Shown: in pieces, positions 30,901 to 38,008 of the stretch
Numbering within the stretch: the first letter of the stretch is position 1
Layout of the letters: each line of letters begins with the position of its first letter
Virus record (IMG/VR): IMGVR_UViG_3300047445_000153
Coordinates: 1-64,000 of that record
Reading direction: 5' to 3' (one strand)
Origin: a virus
DNA length: 64,000 nt
The notes under the pieces: generated by a model
What the model was told of the DNA's origin: nothing
Databases searched by the model: none
What the model saw: the letters and a program-made list of their open reading frames with translations, nothing else
Position numbers and translations under genes: made by a program

Positions 30901-31562
30901 GCTTGTTCATCGGGCTGAACGCCATCGTCGACGACAAGACGACGTGGGCTCAATCCACGTTCCCCTGGAATGACCCGATCGCAAACAAGACATGGACGAC
31001 GCCGGGTGACGTCGCCTCGATCGTGTATAGCATCCAGATCGCAATGTCGGTAGGACTCCCGGCTAATGTCCTGTACCAGTGGCGGCTCGACAACGTGCTC
31101 ACCTACGCGGGCACCGGCGAGGATGGTGCGGTGGTCGAGAACCAGACCGTCACCTACAAGCCGAGCAAGTTCGGGGCGGGCCTCTGGTGTCAGGTCGCGC
31201 CGCTTCAACCGCTGCCGACTAAGGTGAAGTACAGCACCAACGTGCCGAACGCTTTCTCGATGAGCTTCTGGATCCTTCCTGATGACCTGACCGACAAGGT
31301 CTTCGCCACCGTGGTTGGCCGGGATGGCAAGTTCATCCGCATCGGCTACACCGCAGCTACGCAGTCACTGTATGCGATCGACAACGATGGTACGAAGGTA
31401 TCGATGCCGGTTGGTCTGCTTGTCGGCCAGCGCTACCTCGTCGGCTTGTCGCAGGACTTGAACGATCGCCGGATCTACTTCGGCAAAGAGAATGGCGCGT
31501 GGTATCGCGCGTCGATCGCGAAGGCTGGCATTGGTGCCGGAATCTACGTCCAACTGTATTGA
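27969..31562 (+). CDS. central tail fibre / host specificity protein J-like
   Basis: ALGEGPIRG, WDGSFK.AWTNNPAW, PRYTFN, FN3 repeats. Confidence 0.92.
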   Translation: MTDAVINYPKLSGAGGGQKQPSRTDDNLFSRDVVEMVFALGEGPIRGPVDGMKTIYVGGTPLMSQDGSVNFDSFNVGIMRGHAGDPPVNYRLGGETSNTAVGVRLFQGTWVSRATNDSLKGKVDQLQARMLFNTLYKSNDDGTFNHTASFEIQYRQSTSPNWTAVNGGTINVTGKTTAGYVVDYVWDVPRVNDTWVIRVKKNNPDSSTTDFADFSWESFQEVTKGNRTYDRVALMHVVALATSQFGSVPEIGLDIDGLEILVPTNYNPDLRTYSGAWDGSFKQAWTNNPAWVLYDLIMNPNYGLRKYYPWLTCNRFDFYDAAVFCDTPVANGRGGAQPRYTFNMSIKDQQSGLDMLQYVAGSFGAIIFDDATGMVHLRVDKWEEPTLLFTPENVTPEGFTYTFTDMTTRYNDLTVKFVNPDLDWQEDIRPARSPDHIALNGSIPLTFDAVGCTDEHEALRRAHYRLITATTECATVTFTTARLGVLLDPYKTIYVADPVTGWATSGRIKSIANGKINLRDPIYFTQNQNFGLRLQTTTGLVNLVVNPGKVGAVYELLIVSGVLPPNIPDRTVFSIEDNGGFGLAKPFRVMSIEPVDNNPNQFTITAVEMNVNKQWAADNCIPIGSVPYSFKNPLIPPPPTNLVAESGTDMLLLGQDGSIMARIFAHWDPPGNALVEKYIIRWRESLQSTWFETNSTGEGVILAPCKTGTLYDIVVEAVSAFGYRSAQLAMWNYKCVGKDQPPSNVKNFRFERRALDILLSWDAIPDLDRFGYEIRLGDTWDTAKVLITDYAATKYAWTTDTGGSYSFLIRAKDTSGNYSPQATLCLALLAGPSPVSGVIAVQSGNFVDIRWDPNPEDNILDYEIREGATWATAIFLAKVKSTSYHVTAGAAGTRLFWLKAIASPGIYSDKATFVTTDIAKSDNTNLLYTTDEVVNNFQGAKYNMVTYGPNQLRMDDGQTKSEYMFSVALPDVFKAQNSLFIGLNAIVDDKTTWAQSTFPWNDPIANKTWTTPGDVASIVYSIQIAMSVGLPANVLYQWRLDNVLTYAGTGEDGAVVENQTVTYKPSKFGAGLWCQVAPLQPLPTKVKYSTNVPNAFSMSFWILPDDLTDKVFATVVGRDGKFIRIGYTAATQSLYAIDNDGTKVSMPVGLLVGQRYLVGLSQDLNDRRIYFGKENGAWYRASIAKAGIGAGIYVQLY

Positions 31563-31564
31563 TC

Positions 31565-32026
31565 ATGCCGCACACAATCTCTGACGTTACGATCAAGTCA
31601 ACCCTGCTCGACGACGACAGCTTCCCGGCGTTGCTCTACGGCGACGCCCCAGCTGGCTTCTCGAAGTTCCAAAACTTCTTCGCGGGTGACTACACCTACA
31701 AGAACGCGATCTTCCGCCTCGGGATGGAGTCGGAGAACGGGGACCGGGGCATCATCGAAAAGCTCCAGCTGGTCGTCGATGTCCCCGACATCTTCGACCG
31801 GGGCTCGAAGATCATCAACGTGGCGAACAGCGTGCACGTCAACTTCAACCGCACGTTCCACATTCCACCCACGATGGTCGTGGCCGTGGAGAGCGCGAGT
31901 GATGCGTGCGTGGCGCGCGTGGTGGACGGCTCGGTGACGAAGACGGGCTTCGACTGCTACCTCGAACGTACGGTGGACAAGGCGAAGATCACAGGCGCGC
32001 TGACCTGGGCTGCGCACGCGTACTAA
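31565..32026 (+). CDS. small tail tip protein (lectin-like beta fold)
   Basis: VDVPD..DRG..FNRTFHIPP..VTKTGF..WAAHAY pattern. Confidence 0.6.
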   Translation: MPHTISDVTIKSTLLDDDSFPALLYGDAPAGFSKFQNFFAGDYTYKNAIFRLGMESENGDRGIIEKLQLVVDVPDIFDRGSKIINVANSVHVNFNRTFHIPPTMVVAVESASDACVARVVDGSVTKTGFDCYLERTVDKAKITGALTWAAHAY

Positions 32027-32061
32027 AACTCCTTGGGCGCGCTGGCCCGCGCCCGTAAAAT
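32025..32061 (+). promoter_or_regulatory. putative promoter of fibre-Hint-rSAM module
   Basis: AAAACTCC TTGGGC-17-TAAAAT. Confidence 0.5.
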
Positions 32062-32085
32062 TCGGGAACCAGAGGACACCACCAC

Positions 32086-33567
32086 ATGCAGCAATACACT
32101 CAGATTCCAGACAGTGCGCGAGTCTCCGACTCGCTGCTGCCGCTCCTGAATAACGACCAGACCGCGATCTCGCGCAACTCCGGCCCGAACTTCCCGACCG
32201 TGGGGCTGGTCGTTGGCATGCCCTACTACAGCACGAGCCAGAACAAGCTCTATCGGCTGTCGAGCGTGTCACCGCTCACGTGGGTGGTCGAGCTGGATTA
32301 CACGCGTCCCTTCGCCTATCAGGACAGCGTGGACGCGGCTAACGCGAACGCGAACGCGCGGGTGTCGCGAGCTGGCGACACCATGACCGGTTACCTGACG
32401 CTGGTCAACGACCCGGTCTCCGCGCTGCACGCCGCGTCGAAACGGTACGTCGATGCACAGGCAACGAATGCAATCAACAGCGCGAACTCGCGGGTCTCGC
32501 GTGGCGGCGACAGCATGTCGGGGTTCCTGACGCTGTACACCGATCCACAGCAGCCCTACCACGCCGCGACGAAGAACTACGTCGACTACCTCTACAACGT
32601 GGTGCAGGGCGCGAAGCTGAACCGTAACGGTGACACGCTCGGAGAGGTCTTCAACAACGGCTGGTACCGCTCGAACGGCGTGACGGGCTGGTACAGCCAG
32701 ACCTTCGGCGGCGGGATCTTCATGCAGGATACGTCCAACGTGCGTATCTACGGCGGCAAGGGCTTCAGCACCGACTGGCACTCGCTCGAACAGGGCACGG
32801 GGATGATTTGGACGAGTGGCTACGGCTGGCTTCACGAGCGCTTCGCGTCCAAGAGCGCCGAGGGCGCCCTGACTTCGGTCGGTACGCTGAACAGCCAGCC
32901 GAGTGGCGTCGTGCTGCCGCAGGCTTTCTACCTCCAGAAGAGCGGCAGTCAGGTGCAGCTGGTGCGTACGCTCGGCAACTGCAACTGCAACTGCGCCTGC
33001 ACGTGCTTCCCGGCTGGGACGCGGATCCTGATGGGCGACCGCAAGACGTGGCGCACCGTTGAGTCGCTGATGGTTGGCGAGATCGTCATGACCCCCACCG
33101 GCCCCGAGCCGATCATCGAGATCGAGACGCCGTTCCTCGGCGAGCGCTCGATGTGCATGTTCGCCGACGGCTCGCTCAAGTGGACCGATGACCATGCGTT
33201 CTGGACGCGCCGCGACGGCGTGGAAGGCTTCGCGGTGGTCGACAAGGCCTCGTTCATGAACGGGGTCCATGCGGGCGTCGTGAAGGGCCTGAATGACCAT
33301 GACGACCTACTGGAGCTGAACGACAAGCTCGACGAGTTCGCGCATCTCGATGGCTGGAAGAAGAAACGCGTGTTCCGCTACCCCGCCCCCGCCGAGACCA
33401 AGGTCTACCTGCCGATCGTCGGTGGCTCCCACATGATCATCGCGGAAGGCTTCGTCGTCAGCGCTGGCATGGACGAAGCCACCTTCGACTACGACAGCTT
33501 CGAGTGGAAGGGCATGGCCCTCGCCCACGTGCCGCTCAACAAGGAGCTGTTCAATGCTCGTCCATAA
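32086..33567 (+). CDS. tail fibre with Cys-rich motif and C-terminal Hint domain
   Basis: GDTMTG..HAA(S/T)K.YVD fibre repeats; GWY..GGGIFMQD shufflon/fibre-like motif; NCNCNCACT; CFPAGTRI (Hint block A), TDDH (block B), VY..V..SH..AEGFVVS (block F/G). Confidence 0.8.
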   Translation: MQQYTQIPDSARVSDSLLPLLNNDQTAISRNSGPNFPTVGLVVGMPYYSTSQNKLYRLSSVSPLTWVVELDYTRPFAYQDSVDAANANANARVSRAGDTMTGYLTLVNDPVSALHAASKRYVDAQATNAINSANSRVSRGGDSMSGFLTLYTDPQQPYHAATKNYVDYLYNVVQGAKLNRNGDTLGEVFNNGWYRSNGVTGWYSQTFGGGIFMQDTSNVRIYGGKGFSTDWHSLEQGTGMIWTSGYGWLHERFASKSAEGALTSVGTLNSQPSGVVLPQAFYLQKSGSQVQLVRTLGNCNCNCACTCFPAGTRILMGDRKTWRTVESLMVGEIVMTPTGPEPIIEIETPFLGERSMCMFADGSLKWTDDHAFWTRRDGVEGFAVVDKASFMNGVHAGVVKGLNDHDDLLELNDKLDEFAHLDGWKKKRVFRYPAPAETKVYLPIVGGSHMIIAEGFVVSAGMDEATFDYDSFEWKGMALAHVPLNKELFNARP

Positions 33568-34255
33568 AAGCCTGATCCCCACGGATCTCTCAGAAGAAGA
33601 CGCCGCTCGAATCACCGACATCGTCACCGTGCTGCCTACGGAGACGGGCTTCGTCTTGCAGTGCGCATCGCTCAGCCTCTACTGGCAGTTCAACATGAAC
33701 CTCGTCCAGTATGGTAACGACATCATGTACTTGACCCGCACGCGCGGAGGTACGTGGGCCGTGATGTGGGCGACGGATCTGCACGAGTCGCGTGACAGCT
33801 GGTCTGAGGCGATGCTGCGCAAGAACGTCGATGAGTTCCGCCCGGTGGTGATGATCGGCATCAACCCCGAGAAGACCGACTACACGGCGATCCTCTTCTG
33901 CAACACACGCGAACCGAACAACCCGAACCCCACGGTCGACAACTCGACGGACAGCGGCGACATGGCCATGAAGCGGTTGATGCCGAGCATCGAACCGCTG
34001 CTGCAACGGCACTGGGCCAAGCACAAGCTACTCAAGCACACGAAGACGAACGACTCGCTCGCGGCGCTTGAGGCCCAGGTCGATCTGCTGACGAGCTGGT
34101 TGATCGAGCTGCTGCCTGCTGAGAAGGTGCAGCGACTCATCGATGCGGGCGTGCTGACGCTGAAGGATGAAGCCGCTACCCTCGACGACGTGGTGGCCTT
34201 CAAGACAGCCTTGCGAGAACGCCAGCAGGTCTACCTCACCACCATCGGCAAATGA
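33554..34255 (+). CDS. hypothetical protein in fibre/rSAM operon
   Basis: overlaps both neighbouring genes; helical C-terminus. Confidence 0.7.
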   Translation: MLVHKSLIPTDLSEEDAARITDIVTVLPTETGFVLQCASLSLYWQFNMNLVQYGNDIMYLTRTRGGTWAVMWATDLHESRDSWSEAMLRKNVDEFRPVVMIGINPEKTDYTAILFCNTREPNNPNPTVDNSTDSGDMAMKRLMPSIEPLLQRHWAKHKLLKHTKTNDSLAALEAQVDLLTSWLIELLPAEKVQRLIDAGVLTLKDEAATLDDVVAFKTALRERQQVYLTTIGK

Positions 34256-35598
34256 CAACCTTCGTCCTCAAAACGGCCGAGGGCCGCGACTTCTTCTACA
34301 ACAACATGCGCAGCACGCTGGTCGACGCCTGCACGGGTCGCCCCGTGCTCGCTCCGCGAGAGGTTGACACCCCTCGAAGCCCTGCCCCGCAAGACTTCCG
34401 CAAGTCGGAAACGATCCGGACGCTGAAGATCCAGATGGGTCTGTCGTGCAACTACAGCTGCGAGTATTGCTCGCAGCGGTTCGTGCCGCACGCGGAGCCC
34501 ACCGGCCCCTACTCGGTCGATCACTTCATCTCGCGCCTGAGCTGGAACGCCTCGCTCGCGGACGACGCCACGGTGGAGTTCTGGGGTGGCGAGCCACTGG
34601 TCTACTGGAAGACGCTGGTCCCGCTCGTCGAGCAGCTGCGCATTCGCTACCCGGCGCTGACCTTCAAGATGATCACGAACGGGTCGCTGCTCGATCCGAT
34701 GAAGGCGAGCTGGCTGATCGCGAATGGCTTCCACATCGGCATCTCGCACGACGGTCCTGGCCAAGCCGCACGCGGGCCGGACCCGCTCGATGATCCCGAG
34801 AAGCGCGAGGCGATCCTGATGCTGTACCGGCGCCTGCGACCGCTCGGGCGTATCAGTTTTAATGCAATGCTGCACTCGCAAAATACATCGCGTGCGGCGA
34901 TACAACAGTTCTTCGTCCGGCTGACGAACGACGCGGAAGTGCCCATCGGCGAGGGCATGTTTGTGGATGCCTACGACGAGGGCGGCAGGGGTATGTCTTT
35001 CCTTGACGCTCAGGATCACGTCGACTATCGTCGCAAGGCGTTCGACGAGCTGAAGGCGGGGATGGCTCTCAATTTCAGCTCGGTGACCGAGAAGATCTAC
35101 GACTTCGCAGACTCCTTGCAAACGGGTCGCTTGGCGTCCACCGTTGGCCAGAAGTGCGGTTCCGATCGCTCCGACAGCCTCACGGTGACGCTCGACGGCG
35201 ATGTCCTCACGTGCCAGAACGTATCGGCTGTCTCCGTCGCCCCGAACGGAAAGAGCCACCGGGCTGGCTCGATCGAAGACATGGCTGCGGTGCGCGTGCA
35301 GTCCTCGCGCCACTGGTCGACCCGCGAGCACTGTTCCAGCTGCCCTGTCGTGCAGCTATGCAAAGGCTCTTGCATGTTCCTCGAAGGCGATCTCTGGGAT
35401 GTCACGTGCGATACCGCCTACAGCGATAACGTCGTGTTCCTGGCGACTGCCCTCTTGGAGCTGACAGGCTGTACGTTGCAACGCATCGAGCCGATGACTG
35501 GTTCGCTGCCCGAAACCCGCCAGAGTGTCTTCGGACCTCTGGCGCATAAGCGGACCACCACCCGCAAAATCATACGGATCGAAACGGAAAAATCATGA
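34252..35598 (+). CDS. radical SAM protein with SPASM domain
   Basis: CNYSCEYC; FWGGEPL; ITNGSLL; ISHDG; C..GDVLTC..CSSC..LCKGSC..C SPASM cysteines. Confidence 0.92.
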   Translation: MTTFVLKTAEGRDFFYNNMRSTLVDACTGRPVLAPREVDTPRSPAPQDFRKSETIRTLKIQMGLSCNYSCEYCSQRFVPHAEPTGPYSVDHFISRLSWNASLADDATVEFWGGEPLVYWKTLVPLVEQLRIRYPALTFKMITNGSLLDPMKASWLIANGFHIGISHDGPGQAARGPDPLDDPEKREAILMLYRRLRPLGRISFNAMLHSQNTSRAAIQQFFVRLTNDAEVPIGEGMFVDAYDEGGRGMSFLDAQDHVDYRRKAFDELKAGMALNFSSVTEKIYDFADSLQTGRLASTVGQKCGSDRSDSLTVTLDGDVLTCQNVSAVSVAPNGKSHRAGSIEDMAAVRVQSSRHWSTREHCSSCPVVQLCKGSCMFLEGDLWDVTCDTAYSDNVVFLATALLELTGCTLQRIEPMTGSLPETRQSVFGPLAHKRTTTRKIIRIETEKS

Positions 35599-35984
35599 GC
35601 ACACCGCAAGCACCACAGCCACAGCAAGACCCGATGCCCCTCATCCGCACGTTGCAGGCGCAGCGCAACATGGCGCTCGACCAGCTGGCCGACACCAGCG
35701 CCGCGCTCGAACACGTGCAAGCCGTACTGCGTGGCACGCAGGAACTGGCCGCGAAGCAGCAGTCGGAGATCGACGATCTGAACATGCGGATGGGCAAGAC
35801 GCTCGCCGCGCTGGCGAGCATGCAAGACTGCAACGCGAAGCTCACCGAGCAGAACCTCGATCTGCAAATCGATCTGGACGAGGCCCGTCGAGTTCCGGAC
35901 GCGGAGATCGCGGTGGCCGTAGAGTCACCGGCAGGCGTGCTGACGCTGCCGGTGGCTTATCCGTCTGCTTCGGACGAGCTGTAA
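35595..35984 (+). CDS. coiled-coil hypothetical protein
   Basis: coupled to rSAM stop; LQAQRNMALD heptads. Confidence 0.65.
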   Translation: MSTPQAPQPQQDPMPLIRTLQAQRNMALDQLADTSAALEHVQAVLRGTQELAAKQQSEIDDLNMRMGKTLAALASMQDCNAKLTEQNLDLQIDLDEARRVPDAEIAVAVESPAGVLTLPVAYPSASDEL

Positions 35985-36098
35985 TCATGCCCGTCTTCTT
36001 GGTCATGTGGCTGTTCTGGTCGGTGATCCTGTCGCCGACCCGGCCTTCGGGATACGACCTGCCGAAGCCCTGATACCACGCTGGTTCAAGCTGGTTCC

Positions 36099-36124
36099 AA
36101 AGGACACCGAACGGTGTCCTTTTT
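36099..36124 (+). terminator. intrinsic terminator
   Basis: AAAGGACACC-gaac-GGTGTCCTTT plus T-run. Confidence 0.8.
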
Positions 36125-36137
36125 CGTTTGTGGTGCA

Positions 36138-36177
36138 AAGAAACTCTTTGGACCAACGTAAACGCTCCCCTTAAAAT
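36138..36177 (+). promoter_or_regulatory. putative promoter of lysis cassette
   Basis: AAACTCT TTGGAC-18-TAAAAT. Confidence 0.45.
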
Positions 36178-36207
36178 TTCGGCACTCACCACCACCACGA
36201 GTGCTCG

Positions 36208-36741
36208 ATGTCCATCACCGCCGCCCAGCTCCAGAGGGTTTGGAAGCGCGCGCCGGCCGCGCGCTGTGCCCTGTTCGCCCCACTTCTCTCCGACGCGATG
36301 GCTCGCTTCGGTATCGACACGCTCGAAGAGACGGCCGAGTTCATCGCGCAGGTCTCGCACGAGTCTGGAGAAGGCCAGTGGCTTGAAGAGATTGCGAGCG
36401 GCAAGGCCTATGAAGGCCGCTTGGATCTCGGCAATACCGAGCCGGGGGACGGGGAAAAGTTTAAGGGTCACGGGATGATCCAGTGTACTGGCCGCAAGAA
36501 CCATCTCTTGATGGGAATGCTGCTTGGCCTGGACCTCATCGCCAACCCTCGCCTGCTGTGTGAACCGAAGAACGCGTGTGACAGCGCTGCGGCTTTCTGG
36601 TGGAACCACAAGCTCGACGACCTCGCGGCCAAGAAGGACTTCGTCAAGGTGACGAAGGTGGTCAACGGCGGTACGAACGGTCTAGCGGAACGGCAAGCCT
36701 ACCTTGCACTCGCCCGCGCAGCGCTCACGGAGATTGCATAA
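36208..36741 (+). CDS. endolysin, glycoside hydrolase family 19
   Basis: FIAQVSHESG, YEGRLDLGN..GDG.KFKGHGMIQCTGR, TKVVNGGTNG. Confidence 0.9.
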   Translation: MSITAAQLQRVWKRAPAARCALFAPLLSDAMARFGIDTLEETAEFIAQVSHESGEGQWLEEIASGKAYEGRLDLGNTEPGDGEKFKGHGMIQCTGRKNHLLMGMLLGLDLIANPRLLCEPKNACDSAAAFWWNHKLDDLAAKKDFVKVTKVVNGGTNGLAERQAYLALARAALTEIA

Positions 36742-37128
36742 ATGAACCGGAAAGACTTCTTCTTCAGAGCAGCTTTCACGACATGGGCGTTGATCGTAGC
36801 TGGAATCGCCGTGGTGAATTCGATGGATGTCGGTGGTTGGACCTTCACCGGAATCATGGTGGCAGTAAGCGTCCTGCTGGTTGCTGACCTGCTGGTCAAT
36901 GACCTTCTACCAGAGCGTTTTGTTTTCAAGCGGGCTATGGAGTGGCGGCAATGGGCCTACACGCTCGCGGCATTTTCCTACGCGTCACACCTGTTCGTTG
37001 CTGAGCAGTCAACTAGAAGCGTGCGTATAGACATGCTCGTTATTTACAGCTCGATGTCGATATTCGCTTTGATGTTGAGCTTCCGAAATCTTTTTCACGT
37101 ACGGGGTCGAGCGTGCAGAGAACAATAA
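36742..37128 (+). CDS. membrane protein (holin/antiholin candidate)
   Basis: 3-4 hydrophobic segments inside the lysis cassette. Confidence 0.6.
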   Translation: MNRKDFFFRAAFTTWALIVAGIAVVNSMDVGGWTFTGIMVAVSVLLVADLLVNDLLPERFVFKRAMEWRQWAYTLAAFSYASHLFVAEQSTRSVRIDMLVIYSSMSIFALMLSFRNLFHVRGRACREQ

Positions 37129-37514
37129 AGCAGTGGGCCGTACTTCTTAGCCTCATGTGGTCGGTGACTGCGTATGCAGCCACTCACTCGGATGTCGCGT
37201 TCGGGGCTGACTTGGCCAGCATCCCGGTGATCGCCTACATGATCACCGTGATCCTGAGTGGCATCGGTGGTGCGGCCTTCACGCTTCAGCGCTTGTCAGC
37301 CGCCCCCGATCTATCGCGGTGGAAGCTTGAAGTCTCGAAGGATCTCGTGTGCGGGGTCGCCGCGGGTCTTGTCACGTTCTTCTTCTGCGAAGCAATGCAC
37401 TGGTCTTCGACGAGTGAGGCTGGTGCGATCACGGTCGCTGGTTACGGCAGCTCGAAGGTACTTGACCTGTTCCTCAACCGCTTCACTCAGCAAGCCGGGG
37501 ATGCCAAGCCGTGA
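37113..37514 (+). CDS. holin
   Basis: several TM segments, LSGIGG..AGLVTF..AGYG pattern. Confidence 0.65.
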   Translation: MQRTIKQWAVLLSLMWSVTAYAATHSDVAFGADLASIPVIAYMITVILSGIGGAAFTLQRLSAAPDLSRWKLEVSKDLVCGVAAGLVTFFFCEAMHWSSTSEAGAITVAGYGSSKVLDLFLNRFTQQAGDAKP

Positions 37515-38008
37515 AAATCACCTTGATCGTTTCAGCCATAGTCGGATTGCTTGGGACTGCTATGGGATGGGGACTCACGCACGGTTATTACCGCAGCGTG
37601 CTGGCTGAGAACGCATTGGCCCTCTCTCAAGCGCAGCAACGCGCGGATTCACTCGCGCTCTTCGCACAAACCCAGTCGACGCTGGTCATCAACCAGATCG
37701 ACGCGACCTATCAGGAAAAGCTCCATGAACAAGATGCTCTCCACGCTCGCGATCTCGCTGATGTTCGTTCCGGTGCTCTGCGGTTGCGGGACTCCGGCGC
37801 CAAGTGCCCCGCCCAAGTTTCAGCTGCCCCCGGCGCCAGCGTCGGTGACGGTCAAGCAGGAGCCGAACTTTCGGCTGCGGCTACTGAATTTCTTCTCAGT
37901 GAAGCCGAACGAGCTGACCGCGTCGCCATTCAGCTTGGCGCCTGCCAACAAGTAATCGAGTCCGACCGCAAGACCCTTGACCAACTCTTCAACAGGATTT
38001 CTGAATGA
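37511..38008 (+). CDS. i-spanin (Rz-like)
   Basis: N-terminal TM, coiled coil, DVRSGALRLR, AERADRVA.QL.ACQ. Confidence 0.85.
   Translation: MKITLIVSAIVGLLGTAMGWGLTHGYYRSVLAENALALSQAQQRADSLALFAQTQSTLVINQIDATYQEKLHEQDALHARDLADVRSGALRLRDSGAKCPAQVSAAPGASVGDGQAGAELSAAATEFLLSEAERADRVAIQLGACQQVIESDRKTLDQLFNRISE
37725..37955 (+). CDS. o-spanin (Rz1-like) embedded in i-spanin
   Basis: AGGA RBS; MNKMLSTLAISLMFVPVLCG-C lipobox; Pro-rich. Confidence 0.8.
   Translation: MNKMLSTLAISLMFVPVLCGCGTPAPSAPPKFQLPPAPASVTVKQEPNFRLRLLNFFSVKPNELTASPFSLAPANK

Noticed and set aside
32086-33000. Shufflon or invertible fibre system suggested by the shufflon-like motif
   Set aside because: No recombinase and no inverted alternative C-terminal cassettes nearby
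33004-33480. Classical splicing intein or homing element in the fibre
   Set aside because: No His-Asn/nucleophile C-terminal junction and no endonuclease domain; treated as cleavage-only Hint
34252-35598. rSAM as QueE, NrdG or DNA-modification enzyme
   Set aside because: Has a SPASM domain and sits in a fibre operon; no que/fol/nrdD genes present
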